Shown piece after piece: positions 12,921 to 26,492 of a DNA stretch of 64,000 nt. The stretch's first letter is position 1; the number at the start of each line of letters is the position of its first letter. Source of the DNA: Octopus sinensis (Eukaryota); the NCBI RefSeq assembly GCF_006345805.1, contig NC_043020.1:24180001-24244000 (forward strand), written 5' to 3'. The position numbers and the translations under genes were made by a program. Below the pieces are notes generated by a model. It searched no databases. It saw nothing but the letters and a program-made list of their open reading frames with translations, and was not told the origin of the DNA.

Positions 12921-13989
12921 ATGTATTTGTTACTGATATATTGATCGCCGTTGTAGGGGGAGGGTAAACAAACGTATTCATGAATCAATAGAAGGAAACA
13001 TCGTACCACACATTGACTGTCTTTACTACTAATTCTTCGCCCGCACGTACGCATGCGCAAATATAAGAAACAGCGAGAAAAAAGAGGTGAAGTATACAGT
13101 TCATCCACCAAAAATCAAAATATGTTTGAGAGCTGCCCCTCATGTCAGGACCTACATCGAAATTACGTTTACACGGAGCATAGTTTCGTTACTAAAAGCT
13201 GTTTTAAGTACATACACACACACGCGGACCCTGAACTTAATCATAAGGATGGGAGTATGGGAACATTCATATATATATATGAATATTACTATGTGTGTGT
13301 GTGTGTATATAATATTATATATATATATATATATATAATATATATACAGATATTATATATATATATATATTTACACGCACATACAATGTAATGTTTGCAA
13401 ATACTAAATTGGAGAGTGAGCAGATTTAAACTAAAAACGTTAAGCTTCAAAATGTCAGATCGAATTTAATCGTAGATTACATTCTTTATTTTCTAAGGAA
13501 AAAGTCTGTAAGTCAAAATACGCGCACAAGCGATTGTGTATGTATGTGTATGTGCATGCTTTCCTGTTTGTATGCGTAAGGATAAAAAAAGAAAAGGAAG
13601 AAAAAACACAACCGTCATAACCCTCGTAACCAATTCATATCAGACGCCATTTTAGTGATTTCAGCCTGTATTAAATTCAATTTATGGTTGTAGGTTTTAA
13701 CATGTCCAATATGATTATGCGTCAACTTAATTTTCATTTAAAAGGAAAAGGAACCAAAAAAATATTTTAATATCAGTATTATGACTTTAGTTGTATTTAA
13801 CTACAGTAATAATAATAATAGGAATTATAATGATAATAAGTGATTGCATATGGATAATGACATAGATAATAGTATGTCGTTTAGTCTACATAATGTGTGT
13901 GTGTGTATGTGTGTGTATGTGTGTGACCACATGTCTCGCATCTGGTGCCAACATGGCATCGCAGGTCGTACAAAAATTACTCTGTACCT

Positions 13990-14340
13990 GCGTGTTTGCT
14001 AACGTCGTTCATTTAGTCATGTGTGACACGGACTCTTTTGCCGGTATCATATATGGATCCTTGGAGGCCTCCATCAGGTATGACTGATACATTGTTGGCT
14101 GGTGTTTAGGGTAATCCAGATACAGAGGTCTTGAAGGAAGCCGACGTGGGTGCACAAGCACCGTTTACGTTGGACTGGATATCTTGTTCAGAGGAGTGAT
14201 CGGAGGAACCCTAAGCAGGTGCAATATGGCGAAGGTGTTTGTGGAAAGCGAACCCTTCTCAACCCAACACTCGGTGGAAACTGAGACTGATTTTATGAAT
14301 TGTGTAAAGTCCTCATTGAAGGCATCTGAGATATAGAAGA
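13990..14340 (+). mobile_element. RTE-like LINE fragment
   Basis: DTEVLKEA then RLRWTGYLVQRSDRRNPKQVQYGEGVCGKR matches the RTE QLRWxGHxxRM..R.PK..LYGE...GKR motif. Confidence 0.7.
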
Positions 14341-14464
14341 GGAATTGATCTCAGATGCTGTCGTTAGAAGCGAAGCCACAAGTGTAAAGAATAAATTTGA
14401 CTGCGTGCACAATGTTCTTAATGGTCAGGGACGATGTTCCTTTGTTACGAGTGGACAGTCGTCA

Positions 14465-14800
14465 TATACGTATGTATGTCATTGTTCCGATTTATTTCAA
14501 GAGTTCTTGCCAATAGAGAAACATATCCGGTTTCTAACCCTAGCTTCAAGGTCAATTTCAACATCAACAAGATATTTTTGTAAGTAAGAATGTATGTATA
14601 TATGTATGTACGTATATGAGCAGATTTGTATGTTTTGCTTTATGTATTCTCATGCATATATTTGCATATCTAGACATGCTCATATATATTTAATTGATAG
14701 ACTTTTACAGTTCCAGTGATAGATTGGATCTGTTTTCTTCGAATTAGCTTTCTCCTTTCTGGTTTTGAGAAGCCAATTTTCTCAACATTGGTATTTAGGC
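14465..14800 (-). mobile_element. Second copy of the same R4/Dong-like 3' end
   Basis: Minus translation CLNTNVEKIGFSKPERRKLIRRKQIQSITGTVKV; the UTR aligns with 19500-19600 and 19850-19950. Confidence 0.6.
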
Positions 14801-15009
14801 AATATGCGTGTATGTATATATGAATGTATATATGTGTGTATGTATGAATATATGTATACATGCATAGCTGTCAATATGCGTCTTCTGTTTTCTGTATGTG
14901 TATATATAAGTACATATACAGAAACCAATGTAAAAGTATGTAAATATTATTCATTCTTGAATGTATATATTTATACACAGGATGACATATATATAATGTG
15001 TATGTATAG

Positions 15010-15222
15010 CTTCAAATTATGGTACAAGGACAGCAATGTTAGAGAAACGGGTGTAGTCAATTATATCGGCCCCATTATTTGATTGGTCCTAATCTTATGT
15101 ATCCCAAAATGATGAAAGAGAAAGTCGACTTCGGCAGGATTTGAACTCAACAAAAAATAGAGTCGAAAGATATACCGCTGAGCATTCTGCCCCACATGCT
15201 AGCCATTCTGCAATCTCGCCGT
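15010..15222 (-). mobile_element. SINE family M copy (diverged)
   Basis: GATGAAAGAGAAAGTCGACTTCGGCAGGATTTGAACTC and ATTCTGCAATCTCGCCG match the family. Confidence 0.75.
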
Positions 15223-15381
15223 CACATAGCGTTCTGTGTGTGTGTGTGTGTATACATACATCCGAAACTCATTATGACAACCGAATAACTGTCATATATT
15301 ACAGATAAATTCCTCTACATAATACCCGGTCTCATTCAGTCTTTTGTTGTCATATTATTACTATTAAGACACACACACACA

Positions 15382-15416
<35 letters not shown>

Positions 15417-15443
15417 TATATATATTATTATATATATATATAT

Positions 15444-15511
<68 letters not shown>

Positions 15512-15925
15512 GTTTGTGCGTATGTATACATATATATATATGTGTGGTGTGTGTATGTATATGTAAGTATATTATTTTATGTAATGTTTTTTTTTATTTT
15601 TTACAACATAAAGCTTTATGATAAGCTTTACGCGCGAAACTCCCACCCCTAGGATTACTTTTGTAACTTTATTACAGTGTAATACACACACACACACACA
15701 TACACACACACAAACGTGCGTAAATATCGAACGATGAAAATGAGACCTGTACACTGCGTTGATGGATAAAATTTCTTTATTTGTGACTTACGACTGCCAT
15801 TGGTTTCATGTTGAGCAAAATAGAAAAGTATTTTAATATCTTAACAATTTTTGTAGTCGATCACATGGAGGAATGGTGTTCGTCTCCATTTTGGATAAAA
15901 GAATTTATATATATATATATATATC

Positions 15926-16137
15926 TACAATAATATGTTACATTACTCGGTAGTCAAGATAAAACTCTGAGTTTCAGATGCCGAAGTGAAAATCCACAAC
16001 ACCATCTCTTCGGTTATCTGGCTAAATATCTGGTTAAATAGCCAGATAACCGAAGAGATGGTGTTGTGGATTTCCACTTCGGCATCTGAAACTCAGAGTT
16101 TCATCTTGACTACCGAGTAATGTAACATATTATTGTA
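15926..16137. repeat. Near-perfect long inverted repeat (99-bp arms, 14-nt spacer, 2 mismatches)
   Basis: 15926-16024 is the reverse complement of 16039-16137 at 97/99 positions. Confidence 0.95.
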
Positions 16138-17095
16138 TAGATAAATTTCCACTATTTACATAATATTGAGGTCCTTTTCTTTCTTTTGTTATATTACCGT
16201 TTTATCAATGTATATATATATATATATATATGATGTCATCGGATAAGCTTATGCATCGCTGATCACAATGCGCTTTGCATCGTTTTAGCCTTCGAATGAT
16301 GTCATTGTGTGGCTCGGCGAGCGGGCCAGCATTCCTCTTGATCTGAAGGCTTTTCCGTCGCATGGTTACACATTTACGGTTGAGTGGACGAGAGCAGCGT
16401 GAAATAAATGGTTTTACTCGACAACACAACGTGCCTTCCGGTTCCGGACTCGAGTCGACCATATAGCCACCATGAATGCTACACCCTTAGCCACTAGGCC
16501 ACTCAGTTGCCACATATATCATCAACTGATGTTCGAATTTAGACTTTTAGGTGAAAATGCCAAGGAAATTTCTATTGGTCATCGAATTTTAGCGATAATT
16601 CTTTGACGCCACTCTTTCACTCTTTCTTCCATCTTTAATCAACGCATCATTTAGCGAATCTGGTCTCGAAGAGCAACTGGGACAATTTCTTTCCCAGACG
16701 GAAACAGAAATGGAGAAAGATTTGCGGATATAATCTGTGGACTGTTTACAAGTTTGAAATAATAAAACCAGATTTAGTAAAGAAACATTTCTTTTTTGTT
16801 GTGGGTAGGGGTTTGTTGTTGTGTGTAATATGCGTGTATGTTTATGCGTCTTTCTCAATATGAATGCGTGTGGTTGCGATTCTGTGTGAATGTGCCAATG
16901 TAAGCGTGTGTATGTGTGTGTAAGAAGATTGTGAGTTAGTGATCATGTTTCTAATACGGTATATACGCCTGGTGTATATATGTGTGTATATCAAGTTCTA
17001 ACAAAAAATATGGCTTACCCAAATCTGTTTTTTCTCTCTGTGTTCATCTAAGATATGTAAGTGTGCGCGTGTGTGTGTGTGTGGGCGTGTGAGTG

Positions 17096-17134
<39 letters not shown>

Positions 17135-17143
17135 TTATATGTC

Positions 17144-17178
<35 letters not shown>

Positions 17179-17259
17179 ATATATGTATATATATATATAT
17201 ATATATAAATATGCATGTATATGCATTATATGTATATAAGTGTATTATATAAATATTCT

Positions 17260-17563
17260 TTTATTCTTCAACCTTGTGGCTGCGGCCATGTTGGTGCACC
17301 GCCAGTGTAATCACATTTTAATTTTATATATACACACACACACGCACACACTTATATATATATATATATAATATATATACATACACACATATATATACAT
17401 GACGCGGTTCTTTCATTCTTCGTCTACCAAATCCACTCACAAGGTTTTGGTCGGCCCGAGGCTACAGTAGAAGGCACTTGCTGAAGTTGTCACGCAGCGG
17501 GACTGAACCCGGAATTATATGGTTGGGCAGCAAGATTCTTACCACACAAACACGCCTGTGCCT
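17260..17563 (-). mobile_element. SINE family C copy (internally deleted)
   Basis: CGTCTACCAAATCCACTCACAAGG...GGGACTGAACCCGGAA...CTTACCACAC. Confidence 0.8.
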
Positions 17564-17596
17564 ATACATACATACATACATACATACATACATACA

Positions 17597-17677
<81 letters not shown>

Positions 17678-17679
<2 letters not shown>

Positions 17680-17955
17680 AGGCGCAATGACCAAGTGGTT
17701 AGGGCAGCGGACTCGCGGTTTCGATTCCCAGTGTTTATTGAACAAAAACACCTAAAGCTCCACGAAGCTCCGGCAGGGGTGGTGGTGATCCCTGCTGTAC
17801 TCTTTTGCCACTACTTTCTCTCACTCTTTCTTCCGTTAGCCTGCTCGCTTAGCCAGCGGGGTGGCGTCGTTTGAAGGCTAAAACAATGCGAAGCGCATTG
17901 TGACCAGCGATGTGTAGCAACATCTGATAGTCTGGTCGGTCGCGGTGATCGGTGA
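17678..17955 (+). mobile_element. tRNA-derived SINE (family R) with an alternative 3' tail
   Basis: GGAGGCGCAATGACCAAGTGGTTAGGGCAGCGGACTCG head; tail GCATTGTGACCAGCGATGTGTAGCAACATCTGA is shared with 1905-2170 and 16230-16505. Confidence 0.8.
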
Positions 17956-18641
17956 TATATATATATATATATGTGTGTGTACGTTTGCATATGTATGTGC
18001 TAGTGTGCGCTTATACACACAAACACACACATCTGAGTACTCGAAGTAGTACTCGAATAACGAAGGAAGAGTAACATGCTTTTATCAAACCTGCAAAATA
18101 ATCACGAAACTGCAACTCAGTTTCACTTTCCCAGCAATAAAATTGCATTTCATGTTTGATGTTTCGATGAGCACTATAGGGTGATACTCAAGCATTCACC
18201 TACGAGTGCAGCGCGTGTTGTGGCGGAAACAGCTGTTAGCTAATGAAGCTATGATATATAATCATATAATATATATGCAATTACAACGATAAGCGGTGTG
18301 GCTTTATAACGATAATATCTGATATCATATATGATGTATCGACATTTCTCATATTTCCAAAGAAACACAAGGCCATGTAGGATAATGCTGACTTGCAATT
18401 TTTACTATCGATCTTGCAATTTTACATCCAAACAATTTTCAGAGTATCAACTCCGAATAAATATTTTATTATTTTCTAATATATGTAACTAATTTTTCAA
18501 CGATATTTCACGTTCTGGATTATATATATATAGACACACACACATTCTCTTATTTCCATCTATATTCCCTATCTCCTACTTTTCCGTAATTATTCCTTAT
18601 TTCGAACTCAAATATTTACCTCTATTTAACCATCCCACATC

Positions 18642-18689
18642 GTCTCTAATAAAGGGATATCCATAATATCCCACGAACAGCTGTAAGAC
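18642..18689 (+). ncRNA. Decayed hammerhead motif, paralog of 23102-23149
   Basis: GUCU-CUAAUAA-A-GGGAUAU...AUAUCCC-ACGAA-CAGCUG-UA-AGAC. Stems are retained but the core is mutated; the same downstream TATAAATGTTCTAAAAT is present. Confidence 0.5.
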
Positions 18690-18851
18690 CATATCTTTTT
18701 CCTTATAAATGTTCTAAAATCCTCTTCACAGACTTGGGTTTGTTATCTCATTTTGTCTAATATATATATATATATATATGTATATATATGTGTGTGTATA
18801 TATGTGTGTGTATATATGTATATATGTGTTTGTATGTATATATATATATAC

Positions 18852-18884
<33 letters not shown>

Positions 18885-18898
18885 GGTATATATATATG

Positions 18899-18944
<46 letters not shown>

Positions 18945-19419
18945 CATATGTGTATATCTATATATATGTCTGTGTGTATATATGTATATATATGTATATA
19001 GTGGCTGCTTTCTCATTTAGGAGCAAAGCTATTGTTATTGAAAGAATCGTTGAAATGAGTCATTGATAATGCAGTGTGAATTATATGAATCTTGAGCCCT
19101 GCCAAAGACTTCTGCACATTTTGTGCTGGTTGGCAGCGGTAACCGGTGCCACAGTATGAAGTGTTTTAGCAATGCTTTTCAATCCTCCAACTGAAAGGTT
19201 GCACATGTTCTGTTGTGATCAATAGCCACATCACAATTACCAATGGGTTGATTCCTCTAAGTTCTCTGATGCTTGACCAGGCCTGCATGAACCAAGCATT
19301 TCTTCCTACAAATCATACACATGAAAAACAAAAATCCTCCATTTTCTATTGGTTCATTCTTCCTCAGCTTCCTCTTGTTGTTTTCGGCTTCATTCTCTCT
19401 CTTCCAAACATACATACAT

Positions 19420-19955
19420 ACACAGGAGAAAGCTAACTCGAAGGTTACAGATCCAATCCATCACTGGAACTGTAAAAATCTGTAAAACTTTCCAGACGTT
19501 TATCATTTAAGTATATATGAGCATGTCTAGATATGAAACTATATACATGAGAATACACACATAAAACATAATATACAAATCTGCACACATGCACACATAG
19601 ATTACAAGTTCAGGTTTATACTTGTAAATATTGGGGCCCTGGGATATGTAACACACTGCCTAAAAACCGATCTTGAGAAATTAGACTTCTCAAAACCAGA
19701 AAGAAGAAAGAAGATGTTTATCATTTAGATATGTATACGAGCATGTCTAAATATGCAACTATATGCATGAGAATACACACATAAAACAAAATATACAAGT
19801 TTACACAGATGAATACATACATACATACATACATACATACAAAAATTCCCTGTTGTTGATGTTGAAATTCCAATGAAGGAAATTTGGATCTTGGTTAGAG
19901 ACCGGCTCTTTCGCTATTGGTAAGAAATTTAGAACTAAAACTGAACATACATATA
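19420..19955 (+). mobile_element. Rearranged 3' fragments of an RLE-type (R4/Dong-like) non-LTR retrotransposon
   Basis: DYKFRFILVNIGALGYVTHCLKTDLEKLDFSKPERRK (19600-19710) and RRLQIQSITGTVKICKTF (19438-19491). About 100 bp are duplicated (19497-19600 vs 19715-19815), and the segment ends in (CATA)n. Confidence 0.6.
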
Positions 19956-20239
19956 CACACTAATGTATATGTTCTATATAATACATAAAGATATATATAT
20001 ACAATATGCTCCATAGTTCATTATATACAAATATAATATACACATTGTACATTTTAAAATATATATATATATATAAAGTACATGTCGTTCCATATTATAT
20101 CAATTAGTTATATATGAATTATACATATACAGGATATATTAATGATATATATATTTTACATTATATATATATGCATATATATACATACACACACACAATA
20201 TATAATATATATATAATATATATATATATATATTATAAA

Positions 20240-20306
<67 letters not shown>

Positions 20307-20429
20307 GTATGTATATAATGTTATGTGCATAACAATGTGTTTTATATTATCTGTCTATAATGTATATTTAATAGATGCAATAGATTGTGTCTCGTATATA
20401 TAAAATGAAAACGGAGTTATATCTTTTAA

Positions 20430-20579
20430 CATTTTGGTTTTTATCGTTTTGTAGCACCGCTGTGAAGGACCGTCTAGTCGAACAAATCTTTTTAGCCGAA
20501 CTGCTAAATTGCGGGGACGTAATGGCACCAATACCGGTTGCCAAGCAGTGCTGGAGGACATACACACACATATACACAC

Positions 20580-20624
<45 letters not shown>

Positions 20625-20780
20625 ACGGGCTTCTTTCAGTTTCCGTCAATAAAATCCGCTCACAAGGCCTTGGTCAGCCCGGAGTTACAGTAGTAGCCAG
20701 TTTCCACATGTGCCGTGCAACGGGACTGAAACCGGAACCATGTGGATGGAAGTAAGTTGCTCACAACGCAGCTTGCGCTG
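20430..20780 (-). mobile_element. SINE family C copy (diverged)
   Basis: Both halves are recognisable around the internal (TA)n. Confidence 0.75.
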
Positions 20781-21581
20781 CGGATAATATTTAAATATAA
20801 TCATAAACTGAATATATACCATATATTAATATCTATATATATATATTATAGATATATATATATTCTATATATATATATATATATATTACACACATACATA
20901 TATTATAATATATGTCTATATATCTACATATATCAAATGTATATACATATATCAAATGTATATCATATATTACGCATATACACCATACCTAAAATATTAA
21001 ATACAAAAACATATATGTCTATATTGTACTTATACGCAAGCATACATACGTGCACACACACACACACACACACATATTTATAAATACAAGCACACACAAT
21101 TTTAAATATATGCACAATACATTATATCTAAATGTATATATGTGTGTTTGTGTGTGTGTAATGCATATTGAGATTAATATACATTCAAACAGACAAAAAA
21201 TATAATTTATATACGCATCTATTGTGAGATTGCTTTTTTAGAATAAATATTTGTCTACTGTTAGAGTTAACACGAACATTTTATATAGCGTTCGTAAAAG
21301 TGCTTTGAAATAATATTACTTTAACGTTTGACACCCACCCACACCATATATATTGTACTTCGTGTGTGTGTGTGTGTGTATATATAATATATATATATAT
21401 ATATATACACACATACACGTTTATAGTCATATCCGTAGAAATGTTTGCTTGTATATATATGTATATATACATATATATACAGACACATCAATACATTAAA
21501 ATGTTTAATATTATATTGTGCGTCGTTTATATTCATAACTATTCATATATAAATACTAGATGAGCTGTATGTGTGTGTATA

Positions 21582-21648
<67 letters not shown>

Positions 21649-22771
21649 CACACCGACACAGACGCATGTGGGTGTGTGCGTGTGTTTACATATTTCGATA
21701 GAGAATCACATTTTGATGGCTGCATGCAGATGGAAGTACATATTTGTCGTTACAAATATTTTTGTATTCTTTTATGTATGTATATAATCTTATATACATA
21801 CACGTAAATAAGTCTATATATCGTATGAATACCTGCATATAAATGTATACAGATATTGGTATATAATTATATACATATAAAATTTGGAGTATATGTGAAT
21901 ATATATATACGTGTGTGTGTGTGTGGAAAACGTTCTCACATTTGTAACTTTGCATGGCTTTTGGAGTAAGTCAATTCAAACGCTACAAAAGCCCAAGTTT
22001 AACGTTAAATCTCAAGTTACAGTTAGAAATTTTAAGTGGAGTTATTCATTTACGCCGCCCGTCAAAGTGAATTACAGCGTGCACACACAGACACACACAG
22101 ACACACACACGAACACACACACTCTATCTCTATCTCTCTCTCTATCTCAGTCTTTCTATCACACATGCATATTTGTAGCTACAAGATGACAGAAAGTACT
22201 CAATACGTGCAATGGAACTTCCTTTCTAAAAAATGATTTTTTTCTCACTGTTTTTGTTTCTTTTCTTTTTCTTTTTCTTCTTTATGCACACCACCTCAAA
22301 TGCAGACCCGGGAACTATCATTGATGGTTCGTTTAGTTCGTGTGAAACATTTAGCAATACATATCGAAGTCAATTTAACTCTACGGATATGTCGATGTAT
22401 ATACATACATACATAATTGAAGAAACTGGAGTCACGACGAGGGAGCACGGTTGGTCCTTTGTTTATTCGCTAGAGTTTGTTTCGACACAACGTAGTTCCT
22501 CAAGAATACAGGTATTTGATTATGCAACCGTTTGCATAATGAGATCTAGTTGTGTTTCCTCAGGCGATATACAAGCGTTGTCTCTTTTAGTTTAAAATCT
22601 TTGACTGCAAGGCCTTCCTTTCCTGACTCCATTTTCTTCAATTTTCTATCCACATAACTCGAATGCCCAATTTAGGGTTCGAAATATGTAATAATATTCC
22701 AAATATTACTGAGTTATTCTGAAGGTGGACGAGGTCTATACTGTACTCTAACACTTTCTTAACGGAATACA

Positions 22772-22832
<61 letters not shown>

Positions 22833-23030
22833 ATGTGTTAGCATGTGTATGGATGATGCTTGAACGTTAGGGATTTTTCGCCATGTATTGGTTGGTTCAC
22901 ACTGAGAGATGAGCGGCACCTTGGGAAATTAGTGCCATACTATTTGAGAATTGACCTCATGAGTAGAGGTAGGAAGACGGTAACTCCATACAACACCGTG
23001 CACAGATACAAACTTATGCACAGGTGTGTA

Positions 23031-23063
<33 letters not shown>

Positions 23064-23101
23064 ATCATATCTAAATTAACTATTACCTATTCTCTCACAC
23101 C

Positions 23102-23149
23102 GTCTCCGATGAAGGGATATAATAAATATCCAGGAAACAGATGTAAGAC
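23102..23149 (+). ncRNA. Degenerate minimal hammerhead motif in a pLTR-like repeat
   Basis: GUCU-CCGAUGA-AG-GGAUAU(aaua a)AUAUCC-AG-GAAA-CAGAUG-UA-AGAC, with a U4C change. A more decayed paralog sits at 18642-18689. Confidence 0.6.
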
Positions 23150-23311
23150 CTGTCTATAAATGTTCTAAAATCTACTCAGCCTTGGTTTTTTTTAATCTCA
23201 TTACGAAAGTCTGTCTACCTATTTGTGTCTACCTACCGCCTGTCTATCTACTTGTGTCTGTCTATCTATCTATCCATCCATCCATCCATCCATCCATCCA
23301 TCCATCCATCC

Positions 23312-23361
<50 letters not shown>

Positions 23362-23600
23362 TTATCTATCTATGTGTCTTTCTGTCTATTTACTTACACA
23401 CACACGCACACGCACACACACACACACACACCACACACACACACACACACACATAAATGTCTCTCGTTTACAAGAAGCTTTACACTCTGCTGTGATATCT
23501 CGGCATGAAATTTGTTTTATCTATCATCAACTACAACTGCCAATAGCTGTGCAGATGCTTTCGTCTAATGATACATGCCTGGAAAAGGGGGAAAAAGAAA

Positions 23601-23643
<43 letters not shown>

Positions 23644-23951
23644 GGAGAGAGAGAGGCAAGGAAGGTGAGGAGGGAAAGTGTTAGGTTGAAAGAATGTTTC
23701 AATCTTGATATCTGTATTAGTCTATGACTGTCTCTCTCACTTAACGTATTCGCGGGAGTATGTGAGTGTGTGTGTGTGCGTGTGTATGTGTGTGTGTGAG
23801 TATGTATAGACGTATGTGTGTGTCTGTGCGCCTGTCTGTTAGGGGTGAAGTATCAAGAAGCCTTTTGGTGCAGAAAATTATATTCTTCCTCCACTCTTTT
23901 AAGTGGATGATGTCTTAATTGGCTTTTGCAGTGCGCCCAAATATATGTATG

Positions 23952-23983
<32 letters not shown>

Positions 23984-25311
23984 ATATATGTGTATATATA
24001 GTGTTAGTTTTAACCTGGTGTGAAAAATCATTGCTACCTCTTGGCTACAGTACCGTGGATGTAACCGATGGGTGGGATTTTAGGTCGGGACGTTGTGTGT
24101 GCCTAGGGGCTGGGGTTGTTGGAAATTAGCAAACGAGTGTACTTGTGGATGCTTGGTTGGTATTATGATGGCGTTGGAGGTGTCAGGGGGAAGTAATGAC
24201 GGCAGTGGCGCAAGGGGCGGTAGATGATGGTGGTTGGCGGGGGTGAGAGTGGATGTAGGCGGCACGGAAGTCACTTTGCAGCAGCCAGAACGAAATAAAT
24301 CTTGTAAACGCCAGAACAACAGCAGCAACTGCTGCCGCTATAGTTGTTGTTATTATTATTATTACTATTATTATTATTATTAGTAGTAGTAGTAGTAGTA
24401 GTAGTACTAGCAGTAATAGTAGTAGTAGTAAAAACAACAAGTAGACGGGTGAAGAGAATATATAGAGCAAGAAATACAGCAACAGGATGATCGTTCCCTT
24501 TAAGAAGTCTTCTAATGGGTCTTTGAAAAACGAAACATCAACACCTCAAAAAGCATTTAAAAAAAGCCCCAGCCTCTGTACATAAAACAATGCAATCTTC
24601 CGCCCCTGCCCCTCTCACACCGTGACCCCCTCCCCACCGATCACAACTAAAACAAACAATTAAGCTGAAGGCAACAACAACAAAAACACTGCACCCTCCC
24701 CTACACCCCCCCCCACACACACACACCAAAAAGTAAAACTAAAACAAAACAACACTGAAAACGGTGAGGAAAAAACTTAAAAGAAATAAAAATAAAATTC
24801 AGAAAGAAAATCGCTACGAAAGAATGGCTGGAAAGAATAATGGGAAAACCTGAAGGTAGAAGACGAAAGGAAGAATGAAATAAAGGGACCGGAGGGTGTG
24901 TGTGTTGGGGAGGTGGTGGTGGTGGTGGTATATAACTTATCTCCCTCGCCGTCCTAATATAAGATTTTTGTTAACGTACAGAGAGTAAGGAATTGTGTGT
25001 TAAAAATGTCCCTTTAGTGAAACTGAAAGAGTTGTGTAAACAACCGAAGATGTATGTTTCTGCTACAGCATGCACGCATGTATGTTTGGATATGAATGTG
25101 TGTGTGCGTGTGTTTTGTATGTGTATGTGAGTCCGTAATAAAAAAAAATGTGTGTATGTATGTGTGTATGTATGTATGCATATATGTATGTATAACCTTG
25201 TATATGTATAAACCCACACATCACATGAATATTTCTAAATATACAGACATTATATATATATATATATATACACACACCCACACACACACACACACACGTA
25301 CATATACAGAT

Positions 25312-25343
<32 letters not shown>

Positions 25344-25392
25344 ACACACACATATATATATATACGCACGTACTATAAAGAGAGAGAGAGAG

Positions 25393-25447
<55 letters not shown>

Positions 25448-26232
25448 ATGTCCAATCTGCATGTATATCAACGATCTGAATGGATAGGTGCTGAAATCGT
25501 TCGGGAGAAGAAGAAAGAAAACTGTTTTCTGTGAAAGACATGTTTTTCGCCTTTCGATTGCTGCTCGCTCTTCGGGTTGGCACAGAGCATTAAGCTAACT
25601 GCAGTGTCGTAAGCGATGCAAGGCTGTTACGCCGAGATGATTGTCTTAGTGCAACAGATGAAATACTGCGAGAGTCTGAAAGAACCGAGGCTTCAGAGCA
25701 AAAACGCCGCGAAAAATAAGAACACACACACACACACATATATAGATGTGTGGTGAAGAAGTTCGCTTCGACACCATGCGGTGTCGGGATCAACCCCACG
25801 GCACAGCACCTCTGGAAATTCTATTCTGCTATAACACTGAGGCCAACCAGTGTCTTGTGAGTGACTGTGAGTTTGGTAGACAGAAAATATATGAATCCCA
25901 CGTCAGGTTAACAATATTCTTTAGATTAGTAAAGAAAATCCGCGTATTACTGTGGCAGGGTCCGAGGCCATAGCTCACTGCGAGTCTATATTGGAAATCC
26001 CTGGTTGTGTTCCAGTTAGACTGGTCTTTAAACGGTGATGTACAAGACAAGACATAAATAATGGTCATTACATAGTCTTCTTTACTGAAGTAAATTTTAG
26101 CAGTAACGAAACTATCATGTGAGACAAATTTATTGTCTTTGTGTGTGTGTGTGAGTGTGTGTGTGTGAGTGTGTGTGTGTGAGTGTGTGTGTGTGAGTGT
26201 GTGTGTGTGAGTGTGTGTGTGTGTGATTATTA

Positions 26233-26272
<40 letters not shown>

Positions 26273-26274
26273 GT

Positions 26275-26480
26275 AAGGTGACAAGCTGGCAGAACCGTGA
26301 GCACGCTGCTTAGCTGTATTTTGTCTGAGCTACGTTCTGAGTTCAAATTCCACCGAGTTCGACTTTGCTTTTCGTCCTTTCGAGGTCGATAAATTAAGTA
26401 TCAGTGGAGTACTGACGTCAATATAATCGTCTATCCCTCTCCCCACAAATTCCAGCCTTTGTGCCTACAGTAGAAATGAT
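26275..26480 (+). mobile_element. SINE family M copy
   Basis: AAGGTGACAAGCTGGCAGAACCG...GAGTTCAAATTCC...GTCGATAAATTAAGTA...TGTGCCTACAGTAGAAA followed by (ATT)n. Confidence 0.85.
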
Positions 26481-26492
26481 TATTATTATTAT

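Noticed and set aside
16651-16733. Possible plus-strand terminal exon (ESGLEEQLGQFLSQTETEMEKDLRI*)
   Set aside because: Weak acceptor, no partner exons found and no recognisable motif.
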